The notes under the pieces are model-generated. The model made no database searches and had not been told where the DNA came from. It was given only the letters and a program-made list of their open reading frames with translations. A stretch of DNA of 64,000 nucleotides, taken from contig CAWCNI010000004.1 of NCBI GenBank assembly GCA_963796915.1, forward strand, positions 130,758 to 194,757, in the 5' to 3' direction. The stretch comes from Vicinamibacteria bacterium (GTDB taxonomy: Bacteria > Acidobacteriota > Vicinamibacteria > Vicinamibacterales > JAENWD01). The position numbers and the translations under genes are program-made. Numbering within the stretch: the stretch's first letter is position 1; each line of letters starts with the position of its first letter. Shown here piece after piece: positions 1 to 8,840 of the stretch.

Positions 1-667
1 GCAGCGCCTGCGCCTGCGCGCGCCCGCCGCCGCCCTCGGCGGCTTCCTGGTCAATCTGCCGGACCAGGTCCGACAGGCGGCTCTGATCTCCCGCGATCTC
101 GACCAGGGCCTTCATGGTCTCTTCGTCCAGGTCGGTGGCCTGGCCCTCGAGGCAGAACTTGACGATGGAATCCCAGGCCGCGTCGGTTCCGCTCGTGCGC
201 TCGCGGAGCACTTCGGCGTAGTCGATCTCGGTAACCACGACGTGCTGGCCGCCGGTGGCCATCCACATCCGGCTGATCCCGCCGCCCACGAGCAGTTCGT
301 CCACCGGGCGGGCGAGCAGCAGCAGGAACGTGCGCCAGGCTGCCGGGTCGCCGGCGGCAACCACGCGCAGCTCGCCCACCAGGTGATCGTGCAGCAGGGT
401 CGCCAACTCGCCGATGGCGGCGTCCGGGCGGGCGGGTGAGCGCCCGTCGATGGCGAGGATGCCCGGCGTGACGGTAATGACCAGGGGGCCGTGGGGCATG
501 GCCCGTGACGCCGCGTCCACCAGCCGCGCCAGCGCTCCGACGATGGCCGGGTGTCCGTCGGGATAGAGGGTCACGGACCGCGTCGCGCCTTTGCAGGCAC
601 GGGCGAAGTCTGTCAGTCGCTGCGCGACGTCGAGTGGAAGCGGCTCTGCGGCCGGCCCGGTGGGCAT
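1..667 (-). CDS. hypothetical protein; 3' end runs off the window start
   Basis: This frame is absent from the supplied ORF track because it is open to the window edge. Hand translation of the minus strand from ATG 667 gives MPTGPAAEPLPLDVAQRLTDFARACKGATRSVTLYPDGHPAIVGALARLVDAASRAMPHGPLVITV...LVEIAGDQSRLSDLVRQIDQEAAEGGGG. Codon position 3 is strongly G/C and there is no stop down to nt 1. The start is uncertain (ATG 667, GTG 574 or ATG 499). No family recognised. Confidence 0.55.
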   Translation of the reverse strand, partial: MPTGPAAEPLPLDVAQRLTDFARACKGATRSVTLYPDGHPAIVGALARLVDAASRAMPHGPLVITVTPGILAIDGRSPARPDAAIGELATLLHDHLVGELRVVAAGDPAAWRTFLLLLARPVDELLVGGGISRMWMATGGQHVVVTEIDYAEVLRERTSGTDAAWDSIVKFCLEGQATDLDEETMKALVEIAGDQSRLSDLVRQIDQEAAEGGGGRAQAQAL

Positions 668-788
668 CGAGCGTCTGAATCCCGGCGGACGCCGCCACTG
701 GGCGGCGCCTTCGGCGCGTATTGTATCCGAGCCCGGCATGGGCTGCGTGTGCTCGCGCGCACGGCAATCCTCTATACTTGGCGCCTTC

Positions 789-2093
789 ATGCGCGCCGTC
801 GATCTCATCGTCCGCAAGCGTGATGGCGGCAGGCTGTCGCGCGAGCAGCTGGACTGGTTTGTCGCCGGCGTGACCAGCGGCGCCGTGCCTGACTACCAGG
901 CGGCATCCCTCCTGATGGCGATCGTCTGGCGAGGCCTCGACGCCGACGAGACCTCCTGGCTCACCGATGCCATGGTGCGATCCGGGGAGCGCGCCGATCT
1001 GCGCGCGCTGCGCGGGGTGAAAGTCGGGAAGCACAGTACCGGGGGTGTCGGCGACAAGACGTCGCTCGTCGTTGTGCCACTGGTGGCCGCCTGCGGCGCC
1101 ATCGTCCCCAAGAGCTCGGGCCGGGCGCTCGGGCACACGGGCGGCACGATCGACAAGCTGGAGGCGATCCCCGGCTTTCGCGTGACGATGACGCCGGAGC
1201 AGTTCCTGGCGCAGGTCACCGAGATCGGCTGCGCGTTTGTCGGGCAGTCCAAGTCCCTGGCGCCGGCCGACAAGAAGCTCTACGCGCTGCGCGACGTCAC
1301 CGGGACCGTCGAAAGCCTGCCGCTCATCGCGTCCTCGATCATGAGCAAGAAGATCGCCGAGGGCACCGACGCGCTCGTGCTCGACGTGAAAGTCGGGCGC
1401 GGCGCGTTCATGAAGTCGCTGCCCGACGCGCGTCGCCTCGCCGATGCGATGGTCACCATCGGCGCGCACGCGGGCCTGCGCACTCGCGCGGTGTTGACGG
1501 CCATGGATGCCCCGCTCGGGCTGGCCGTCGGCAACGCGCTCGAGGTCATCGAGGCCGTCGAGACGCTGAAGGGGCGCGGCCCCGACGATTTCCGCGAGCT
1601 GTGCCTCCTGTTGTCGTCGCACCTGCTGGTCGTCGCCGGCCTGGCCGCTGATTTGGAAGGCGCGCGCGCACAACTCGACGCCGCCATCGCGAGCGGTGCG
1701 GCCCTCGACCGGTTTCGTCGTCTGGTGGCGCATCAGGGCGGAGACCCGGCCGTCCTGGACGACTACGGCCTGTTTGCGCAGCCCGTCGCCGTCGAGACGC
1801 TGCGTGCGCCGGCCGCCGGCTACGTCACCGCGCTCGAGGCCGACACGATCGGCAGGGCGTCGATGCTGCTCGGCGCCGGCCGCGACACCGTGGATGCGCC
1901 CATCGACTACGGCGCCGGTATCCTGCTGCGCGCAAAGCCCGGCGATCGGGTCGAGGCGGGTGCGCCGCTCGCCGACCTGCATGTCGGCGCGCACGCGCAA
2001 CTCGACGCAGCGCGGACGCTTGCCGCCGCCGCGTTCGGCATCGCTCCGGCGCCGCTGCCGCGCGCGCCCCTGGTTCTCGACGTCGCCGCCTGA
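789..2093 (+). CDS. pdp: pyrimidine-nucleoside (thymidine) phosphorylase
   Basis: ORF 591..2093 trimmed to ATG 789 (MRAVDLIVRKRDGGRLSREQLDWF), giving 434 aa. Family motifs seen: KHSTGGVGDKTSLVVVPL, SGRALGHTGGTIDKLE, LYALRDVTGTVESLPLIASSIMSKK. Confidence 0.9.
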   Translation: MRAVDLIVRKRDGGRLSREQLDWFVAGVTSGAVPDYQAASLLMAIVWRGLDADETSWLTDAMVRSGERADLRALRGVKVGKHSTGGVGDKTSLVVVPLVAACGAIVPKSSGRALGHTGGTIDKLEAIPGFRVTMTPEQFLAQVTEIGCAFVGQSKSLAPADKKLYALRDVTGTVESLPLIASSIMSKKIAEGTDALVLDVKVGRGAFMKSLPDARRLADAMVTIGAHAGLRTRAVLTAMDAPLGLAVGNALEVIEAVETLKGRGPDDFRELCLLLSSHLLVVAGLAADLEGARAQLDAAIASGAALDRFRRLVAHQGGDPAVLDDYGLFAQPVAVETLRAPAAGYVTALEADTIGRASMLLGAGRDTVDAPIDYGAGILLRAKPGDRVEAGAPLADLHVGAHAQLDAARTLAAAAFGIAPAPLPRAPLVLDVAA

Positions 2094-2115
2094 ATGAGGC
2101 GGCCCTTCCCCACAC

Positions 2116-3444
2116 ATGACTGACGACCGCAACCTTCGATACGCCTGCGCCGGTGTCGCCCTCCTGCTGGCCGTCGTCGCCTACGCGCTGCAGGGCGTCG
2201 TGGATCCACGCGTCCAGGCGCTGATGGGCATCGTCTGCTTCATCCTGATCATCGCGGCCAGCTCGACGAACCTGCGCGCCGTCAACGTCCGGACCGTCGC
2301 CTGGGGCATCGGCCTGCAGCTGGCGCTGGCAGTCTTCATCCTGAAGCTGGAAATCTTCGGCGTGCGGCCCGGTTACGCGTTCTTCAGCGGCGTCGCCGCG
2401 GTGGCCAAACGGTTCCTGGAGTTCACGAGCGCCGGCTCGACGTTCGTCTTCGGCGATCTGGCGCGGCAGGAGGTGCTGGGCAAGGTGCTGCCCAACGGCT
2501 TCGTTTTCGCGTTCACGGCGCTGCCGACCATCATTTTCATCTCGTCGTTCTTCACGGTCCTCTACTACTACGGCGTCCTGCAGCGGATCGTCGCGATCAT
2601 GGCGAGGGCCATGATGTACCTGATGCGCACGAGCGGCGCCGAGACGTTGTCAGTGGCGGCCAACGTGTTCATGGGGCAGACGGAAGCGCCGCTGATCGTC
2701 AAGCCGTACGTGCCGCGCATGACGCAGTCGGAGCTGCTCACGATGATGGTCGGCGGCATGGCGCATATCTCCGGCGGCGTGATGGCGGTCTACATCGGGC
2801 TCGGCGCCGACCCGGTGGCGATTCTGACGACCAGCGTCATGGCGGCGCCCTGCTCGCTCTATCTGTCGAAGCTGATGTTTCCCGAGATGGATCAGCCGGA
2901 GACACGCGGCCGCGTGAAGATGGTCGTCGAGAAGACGCACGTGAACGTAATTGACGCCGCGGCGTCCGGCGCCTCGGATGGCATGACGCTCGCGATCAAC
3001 GTCGCCGCCATGCTGATCGCGTTCCTCGCGTTCATCGCGCTCTTCGATTTCGTCCTCGGGTTGATCAACCCCGCGCTGACGCTCGCCAAGGTGTTTTCGG
3101 TCGTGTTCGCCCCTGCGGCCGTCCTGATGGGCGTGCCAAAGGCGGACGTCGGGATGATGGCCGATCTGCTCGGGACCAAGCTGGTCGCCAACGAGTTCGT
3201 GGCGTTCGTGAAGCTGACCTCGGAGTATCGCACCGTGATGTCGCCGCGTTCGTACGTGCTGGCGACCTACGCGCTCACCGGGTTTGCCAATTTCGGCTCG
3301 ATCGGCATCCAGTTGGGAGGCATCGGCGCGATGGCGCCGACGCGCCGCAGCGACCTGGCACGGCTCGGCCCGCGCGCGCTGTTTGCCGGCTTTCTGGCGA
3401 CGCTGATCAACGCGTCGATCGCGTCGCTGTTTCTTGCGCCGTAA
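2116..3444 (+). CDS. nupC: NupC/CNT-family concentrative nucleoside transporter
   Basis: 442-aa polytopic membrane protein. The motifs GAETLSVAANVFMGQTEAPLIVKPY and FANFGSIGIQLGGIG are typical of the NupC family. It sits between nucleoside phosphorylase genes. Confidence 0.88.
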   Translation: MTDDRNLRYACAGVALLLAVVAYALQGVVDPRVQALMGIVCFILIIAASSTNLRAVNVRTVAWGIGLQLALAVFILKLEIFGVRPGYAFFSGVAAVAKRFLEFTSAGSTFVFGDLARQEVLGKVLPNGFVFAFTALPTIIFISSFFTVLYYYGVLQRIVAIMARAMMYLMRTSGAETLSVAANVFMGQTEAPLIVKPYVPRMTQSELLTMMVGGMAHISGGVMAVYIGLGADPVAILTTSVMAAPCSLYLSKLMFPEMDQPETRGRVKMVVEKTHVNVIDAAASGASDGMTLAINVAAMLIAFLAFIALFDFVLGLINPALTLAKVFSVVFAPAAVLMGVPKADVGMMADLLGTKLVANEFVAFVKLTSEYRTVMSPRSYVLATYALTGFANFGSIGIQLGGIGAMAPTRRSDLARLGPRALFAGFLATLINASIASLFLAP

Positions 3445-3446
3445 GC

Positions 3447-3513
3447 GCAGCAGGCAGCAGGCAGCAGGCAGCAGGCGGCAGGCGGCAGGCGGCAGGCGCG
3501 CCAGGCGCCAGGC
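3447..3513. repeat. heptamer microsatellite (GCAGGCR)x7 followed by CGCCAGG x2
   Basis: Direct reading: gcaggca x3 then gcaggcg x4 from 3450 to 3498, immediately after the nupC stop codon. Confidence 0.9.
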
Positions 3514-3524
3514 TCTTTGTGTCG

Positions 3525-3645
3525 GTAGGGCCGATCGTCCGCCTTCGCTGAAGCTACGGCGGACCCCCGAAGCCTTGGCGGAGGCTGGTCAGATCGGCGA
3601 ATGGCGATCCAGAGGATCTCGGTAGGGCCGATCTTTAGATCGGCC
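3525..3645. repeat. REP pair: long-loop REP variant (3525..3598) plus canonical REP (3622..3645)
   Basis: The canonical copy is GTAGGGCCGATCTTTAGATCGGCC at 3622..3645. At 3525 the same GTAGGGCCGATC ... GATCGGC halves are split by a ~55-nt insert (gtccgccttcgctgaagctacggcggacccccgaagccttggcggaggctggtca). Confidence 0.9.
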
Positions 3646-3678
3646 AACGGCGATCCAAGTGGGCAGGCAGGCAGATAG

Positions 3679-4507
3679 TTGGCGACCATGTCCTATTTCG
3701 ATCAAGTGAACGAAGCCGCCGACGCGGTGCGTCAGCGCCTGACGACGGTGCCAGACGTCGCGATTGTGCTGGGATCGGGCCTGGGCGCGTTCGCCGATCG
3801 CCTCGAGCGCCCGACGTCCGTGCCCTATGGCGAGATCCCGCACTGGCCGGCGTCGCGCGTGATTGGCCACGCGGGGACGCTGGTCGCCGGCCGCGCCGCG
3901 GGCCGCCCCGTCGTCGTGCTCGCCGGACGGGCGCATTTCTACGAAGGACACTCGATGGCCACGATTACCTTCGGGACCCGGGTGCTCGCGCGGCTTGGTG
4001 TCCGAACGTTGATCCTGACCAACGCGGCGGGCGGCATCAACACCACGTTCACGCCCGGGACGTTGATGGCGATCGACGATCACATCAACCTGATGGGCAC
4101 GAACCCGCTGGTCGGCGCGAACGACGATCGCTTCGGCGTCCGCTTTCCCGACATGACCGAGGTCTACTCGAAGCGGCTGCGAAAGCTGAGCGACGATGCC
4201 GCCGGCCGCGCGGGTGTGCCGCTGCGGCATGGGATCTACGTCAGCCTGCATGGCCCGAGCTACGAGACGCCCGCGGAGATTCGCTATCTCCGGACGATCG
4301 GCGCCGACGCTGTCGGCATGTCGACAGTACCCGGAGGCGATCGTCGCGAGACACATGGGCCTCGAGGTGCTCGGGATCTCGTGCATCACGAATCCCGCCG
4401 CCGGCGTGCTCCCGGAGCCGCTCGATCACGACGACGTGATGGAGGTGGCGCGGCGCGTGTCCGGCCAGTTCATGGCGCTGCTGGAGGCGATCCTTGCCGC
4501 CCTCTGA
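3679..4507 (+). pseudogene. purine-nucleoside phosphorylase (trimeric PNP family), frame broken by a 1-nt insertion near 4333
   Basis: Frame 1 (3679..4332) reads MSYFDQVNEAADAVRQRL...LGSGLG...GRAHFYEG...LTNAAGGIN...YETPAEIRYLRTIGADAVGMSTVP. Frame 2 (4334..4507) continues EAIVARHMGLEVLGISCITNPAAG...LEAILAAL. Joined, this gives the PNP signature GMSTVPEAIVARH and ~275 aa. The extra G lies in cccGgag. Confidence 0.85.
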
Positions 4508-4889
4508 TCCGCTGGTCGCCGCGGCCAGAAAAGCCAGGCGCCACGCGGTCGCGCCGTACTCAGGGTTCAAGGTCGGCGCCGCGCTCGAGACGGCGGACGG
4601 CACCGTCATCACGGGCTGCAACATCGAGAACGCCACCTATGGCCTGACGCTGTGCGCCGAACGCGTCGCGATGTTCACCGCGCTTGCGGCGGGCCATCGG
4701 CGTTTCACGCGAATCGCCGTCGTCGCCGACACCGACGCGCCCACACCGCCCTGCGGCGCCTGCCGCCAGATTCTCTGGGAGTTCGGCGGGGATCTGAAGG
4801 TCGTCCTCGCCAACCTGCGACGCGAAACCGGACGGCACCAGCTCGCGGCCCTTCTCCCGCTGCCCTTCGACGCGCGGTTGTTGAAATAG
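4494..4889 (+). CDS. cdd: cytidine deaminase
   Basis: 131 aa with the zinc-ligand motifs CAERVA and PCGACRQ of homotetrameric Cdd. The TTG start at 4494 overlaps the PNP stop (4505..4507). Confidence 0.88.
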   Translation: MPPSDPLVAAARKARRHAVAPYSGFKVGAALETADGTVITGCNIENATYGLTLCAERVAMFTALAAGHRRFTRIAVVADTDAPTPPCGACRQILWEFGGDLKVVLANLRRETGRHQLAALLPLPFDARLLK

Positions 4890-4929
4890 CGGGCTCCGGG
4901 CTACAGGCTTCGGTCGCGTCGATCGTCGT

Positions 4930-4953
4930 GGCCGATCTAAAGATCGGCCCTAC
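4930..4953. repeat. REP element, reverse orientation
   Basis: GGCCGATCTAAAGATCGGCCCTAC lies between cdd and mtnA. Confidence 0.9.
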
Positions 4954-5019
4954 CGGAGTCCGTAGCCCGTGGCCCGCAGCCCCGTAATCCCCCCAACCGC
5001 GTCAGATACAATTGCATCC

Positions 5020-6081
5020 ATGCTTCCGACAATCGAGTGGCGCGACGACGCCGTGGTGATGGTTGACCAGCGCAAGCTGCCTGGCGAGGAAATCTACGTC
5101 GAGTGCCGCACTGTCGCGGAGGTCGCGCGCGCGATCAAGACGATGGTCATCCGGGGCGCCCCCGCCATCGGCGTGTCTGCCGCCATGGGCCTCGCCCTGG
5201 GCGTCAAGACGAGCAAGGCCACGGGTACTCAGAAGCTGGCTGCCGAGTTCTACAAGATGTGCGAGCTGATGGCTGGCACGCGCCCGACCGCGGTCAACCT
5301 GTTCTGGGCCATCGACCGGATGAAAGCGGCGTTTGCCGCCGGCGTCGCGGCAGGGGAGTCTGTCAGCCAGCTCCAGGCGCGGCTCGTCGAAGAGGCGCGG
5401 CTGATTCACGACGAAGACGTCGCGAGCTGCCGCGCGATCGGCGCGTACGGCGCTGACGTCGTGCCCCAGGACGCGCGCATCCTGACTCACTGCAATGCGG
5501 GTGCGCTCGCCACCGCGGGCTACGGAACGGCGCTCGGCGTCATCCGCGGCGCCGCAGAGCGCGGCAAGCGTGTGGCGGTGTTCGCCGACGAGACACGTCC
5601 GTTCCTGCAGGGCGCGCGCCTCACGGCCTGGGAGCTCCTGAAGGACGGCATCGACACCACGGTGATCACCGAGAGCATGGCCGCTCCGCTGATGCGCGAT
5701 GGCAGGATCGATCTGGTGGTGGTCGGCGCGGATCGCATCGCCGCCAACGGCGACACCGCCAACAAGGTGGGCACCTACACTGTCGCCCTCGTTGCCCGCG
5801 AGCATCGCGTGCCGTTTTATGTCGCGGCGCCGGTGTCCACCATCGACCTGAACACGCCGGACGGCAGGGGGATCCCGATCGAGGAACGCAATGCCAGGGA
5901 AGTGACGCACGTGAAGAACGTCAGGCTGACGCCCGAGGGCGCCAAGGTCTACAACCCGGCGTTCGACGTCACGCCGCACGTGCTCATTGCCGGCATCATC
6001 ACCGAACGCGGCATCGCCCGCGCGCCTTACACCGAGTCGCTGGCCGCCATCGTCGGCCGCCCGGTCGCGACGACGGTTTGA
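5020..6081 (+). CDS. mtnA: S-methyl-5-thioribose-1-phosphate isomerase
   Basis: ORF 4969..6081 trimmed to ATG 5020 ([21 protein letters not shown]), giving 353 aa. The motifs [18 protein letters not shown] and [19 protein letters not shown] match the eIF-2B-like MtnA family. Confidence 0.88.
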   Translation: MLPTIEWRDDAVVMVDQRKLPGEEIYVECRTVAEVARAIKTMVIRGAPAIGVSAAMGLALGVKTSKATGTQKLAAEFYKMCELMAGTRPTAVNLFWAIDRMKAAFAAGVAAGESVSQLQARLVEEARLIHDEDVASCRAIGAYGADVVPQDARILTHCNAGALATAGYGTALGVIRGAAERGKRVAVFADETRPFLQGARLTAWELLKDGIDTTVITESMAAPLMRDGRIDLVVVGADRIAANGDTANKVGTYTVALVAREHRVPFYVAAPVSTIDLNTPDGRGIPIEERNAREVTHVKNVRLTPEGAKVYNPAFDVTPHVLIAGIITERGIARAPYTESLAAIVGRPVATTV

Positions 6082-6090
6082 TATCCAGAC

Positions 6091-6177
6091 GTTCGTCCTT
6101 CGACAGGCTCAGGACGAACGGCGAGCGACAAGTTCAGGACGACCGGCGAAGGACAGGCTCAAGACGACGGCGAGCCG
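6091..6177. repeat. hairpin plus 3 tandem ~25-nt units
   Basis: The hairpin is gttcgtcc(6091-6098)/ggacgaac(6112-6119). The units are acaggctcaggacgaacggcgagcg, acaagttcaggacgaccggcgaagg and acaggctcaagacgacggcgagccg. The element lies between mtnA and tsaD. Confidence 0.8.
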
Positions 6178-6219
6178 GGGGAATGCGCCCCCAGCCTGCA
6201 ACCGCAATCTGCAACCCGT

Positions 6220-7278
6220 ATGTTGATTCTCGGTATCGAGACATCCTGCGACGAGACGGCCGCGGCGGTCGTCGAGCAGACTGACGATGCCACGCGTCCA
6301 TGGCGGGTGCGATCCAGCATCGTCGCGTCGCAGGCCGAGATTCACCGCGTGTGGGGCGGCGTCGTGCCGGAGATCGCGTCCCGGCAGCACCTGCGGGACA
6401 TCTGCGGCGTCACCGAGCGCGCGCTGACCGACGCCGGTGTGGCGATCGGCGACCTGGATGCCGTTGCCGTCACCGAAGGGCCCGGCCTCGTCGGGTCGCT
6501 TCTCGTCGGCGTCGCATTCGCCAAGGCACTATCAGCAGCGCGACGGCTCCCGCTCGTGCCGGTCCACCACCTGGCCGGTCACATCGAGTCGCTGTTCCTC
6601 CACAACGGGCCGTTGCCGTTGCCCGCTGTCGTCCTGGTCGTCTCCGGAGGCCACACCAGCCTCTACCGGGTGGCGGAACCCGGTCACTACGAGCGCCTCG
6701 GACGGACGCGCGACGATGCGGCGGGCGAGGCGTACGACAAGGTCGCGAAGCTGGTGGGACTGGGATACCCCGGCGGCCCTGTCATCGACAAGCTGGCGCG
6801 CACCGGCAACGACCGCGCCGTGGACCTTCCGGTCACGCGCATCACGCATCGCGATCGGAACGCTCCGAAGGCTGCCGGTACCTTCGACTTCAGCTACAGC
6901 GGCTTGAAGACGGCCGTGTTGCGATACGTCGAGATTCGCAAGGCCTCGGGTGCCTGGCCGCTGACGGACGCCGAGACCGCGGATCTGTGTGCGAGTTTTC
7001 AGCGCGTCGTCGTCCAGTCGCTGCTGGACCGGCTGTTCGACGCCGCGGCGCAGCTCGGCGCGGCCAGTGTCGGCATTGCCGGAGGCGTCTCAGCCAACAG
7101 CCGGCTGCGCGCCGACGCGCTGGACCGCGGCGCGCGCCTGGGCCTGCCGGTCTTCATCCCGAGCCTGGCGCTTTCCACAGACAATGCGGCGATGATCGCC
7201 GCAGCGGGTCTGCGGCGGTTCGCCGCCGGCGTCCGCGCCGAGGCCACACTCAACGCCGACGCCAGCCTGATGTTGTGA
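6220..7278 (+). CDS. tsaD: tRNA N6-adenosine threonylcarbamoyltransferase
   Basis: 352 aa. The N-terminus MLILGIETSCDETAAAVV and the motifs VHHLAGHIES and SGGHTSLY are typical of Kae1/TsaD. Confidence 0.92.
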   Translation: MLILGIETSCDETAAAVVEQTDDATRPWRVRSSIVASQAEIHRVWGGVVPEIASRQHLRDICGVTERALTDAGVAIGDLDAVAVTEGPGLVGSLLVGVAFAKALSAARRLPLVPVHHLAGHIESLFLHNGPLPLPAVVLVVSGGHTSLYRVAEPGHYERLGRTRDDAAGEAYDKVAKLVGLGYPGGPVIDKLARTGNDRAVDLPVTRITHRDRNAPKAAGTFDFSYSGLKTAVLRYVEIRKASGAWPLTDAETADLCASFQRVVVQSLLDRLFDAAAQLGAASVGIAGGVSANSRLRADALDRGARLGLPVFIPSLALSTDNAAMIAAAGLRRFAAGVRAEATLNADASLML

Positions 7279-8840
7279 CAGTGTCCACCGAGCCCTCCCC
7301 GGTGTCGCGCTTTCGCAGCGTCTCGCTCCGCACACGCCTGGTCCTGGGCGTCTCGCTCGTCCTCGCGCTGGTGCTCGGCGTGGAGGAAGTGCTCGAAATC
7401 AGGCTCTTCGAGAAGGCCGCCGATCGCGATCTCCGCGCGACCGGCCTGGTGACGGCGGAAGCTGTCGTCGACGATCTCGAGCTGCGGCCGGGGCCCTGGC
7501 TCGAGGCGGAGATCACAGAGAGCCTCCACGAGTTCGCCCGCTCGGTGCCGTCCATCCGCGCCATCTCTGTCGTGCGCCTCGACGCCGGCTTGCCCGTCGT
7601 CATCGCCAGCACCGTCACCACCGAATCGGACGCCGCGCTCGCACTGGCGCGCGAGGCGCTGACGGGCGGAGCCGCCCAGTGGCGCGATGAGGAGACCGTG
7701 ACGCGAATCGCGTTGCGCACGGCGCCGACCTCCGGCGGCCCGGCCGCGGTGGTGGTGACAGTCTCCCTCGCGTCGATGGCGCAGCTGCGGACGCGCGGCC
7801 GGCTGGTCTCGTTCTGGCTTGTGCCGCTCGCGATCGTCGTGCTGACAGTGATGCTCGATCAAGTGTTGCGACGGCTGGTGCATCGACCCGTGGGACAGCT
7901 GAGGGACACGATGGCGCGCGCCGGCGCGGGCGAGCTCGGCGCACGCGCGCCGGTCGATCGCCTCGACGAAATGGGCGAGCTGGCCGTCGGCCTGAACCAG
8001 ATGCTGGACCGCCTCGCCGATTTCAACCTGGCGCTCGAGGACCGCATTCGCAGCGTCACCGCCGAACTCGATCGCAGTCACGCCGAGCGAATCGACAGCT
8101 ATCAGCGCATGCTCACGCTTCGCGACGCGCTGGCGCAGGCCGAGCGGCTGGCGGTGGTCGGGCAGGCCGCGGCCAGCGTGGCGCACCAGGTCGGCACGCC
8201 GCTGAATCTGATTTCGGGCCACGTGCAGGTGCTGCTCGGCAGCGCCGCTCTTCCGCCCGACGTCGAACGGCGGCTTCGCGTCGTGCAGGACCAGATTGGC
8301 CGCGTGGCCGACGCCGTGCGCGGCCTCGTGGAGCATTCCCGCCGGCCCGGCGCGCCATCCGCCGTGGACCTTCGCCAGCTGCTCGTCTCGATCGTCGATC
8401 TGGTCCGGCCCAAGCTGCTCGCGTGCGACGTCGCGCTCGAGGAGCAGATCGGGTTGGGACTGCCTGCCGTGCGGGCCGATCGCAACGAGCTGGAGATGGC
8501 GCTCCTGAACCTGGTCACCAACGCCGTCGATGCCATGCCGCACGGCGGCCAGCTGCGGATTGTGGCGGAGGTGGGGCAGGACGGCACCACCCTGACGGTC
8601 GAGGATTCCGGTGTCGGCATCGCCCCGGAGCTGCTGCCGAGGATTTTCGAGCCCTGGATCACGACCAAAGCGCCCGGCAGGGGCACCGGGCTGGGGCTCA
8701 GCATCACCCGTGATGTCATCACCCGGCTCGGCGGCACGATTGCCGCCCGATCGGGCGCCGGAGGCGGTACGATCTTTGTAGTGACGTTCCCTCCAGACTC
8801 CACGGGGACTGCCGCACATGCCTACGCTGCTGATCGTTGA
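7275..8840 (+). CDS. sensor histidine kinase (TM - HAMP - HisKA - HATPase_c)
   Basis: In-frame ORF 6300..8840 trimmed to GTG 7275, which overlaps the tsaD stop. Seen: an N-terminal TM segment LVLGVSLVLALVLGV, a second TM segment LVSFWLVPLAIVVLTVML followed by a HAMP-like segment, the H-box SVAHQVGTPLNLISGH, the N-box LNLVTNAVDAM and the G-boxes DSGVGI / GTGLGLSI. The exact start is uncertain (GTG 7275 or 7281). Confidence 0.85.
   Translation: MTVSTEPSPVSRFRSVSLRTRLVLGVSLVLALVLGVEEVLEIRLFEKAADRDLRATGLVTAEAVVDDLELRPGPWLEAEITESLHEFARSVPSIRAISVVRLDAGLPVVIASTVTTESDAALALAREALTGGAAQWRDEETVTRIALRTAPTSGGPAAVVVTVSLASMAQLRTRGRLVSFWLVPLAIVVLTVMLDQVLRRLVHRPVGQLRDTMARAGAGELGARAPVDRLDEMGELAVGLNQMLDRLADFNLALEDRIRSVTAELDRSHAERIDSYQRMLTLRDALAQAERLAVVGQAAASVAHQVGTPLNLISGHVQVLLGSAALPPDVERRLRVVQDQIGRVADAVRGLVEHSRRPGAPSAVDLRQLLVSIVDLVRPKLLACDVALEEQIGLGLPAVRADRNELEMALLNLVTNAVDAMPHGGQLRIVAEVGQDGTTLTVEDSGVGIAPELLPRIFEPWITTKAPGRGTGLGLSITRDVITRLGGTIAARSGAGGGTIFVVTFPPDSTGTAAHAYAADR

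Noticed and set aside
51-2132. 693-aa ORF on the minus strand spanning the window start and all of pdp
   Set aside because: It is an Arg/Gly/Ala/Pro-rich low-complexity translation with no motifs. It is antisense to pdp, which has clear family signatures. Long stop-free antisense frames are expected at this G+C content.
6300-7274. N-terminal 325 aa of the 846-aa ORF 6300..8840
   Set aside because: This part overlaps tsaD out of frame and reads as an Arg/Pro-rich artefact. The histidine kinase begins at the GTG at 7275/7281, just before its first TM segment.
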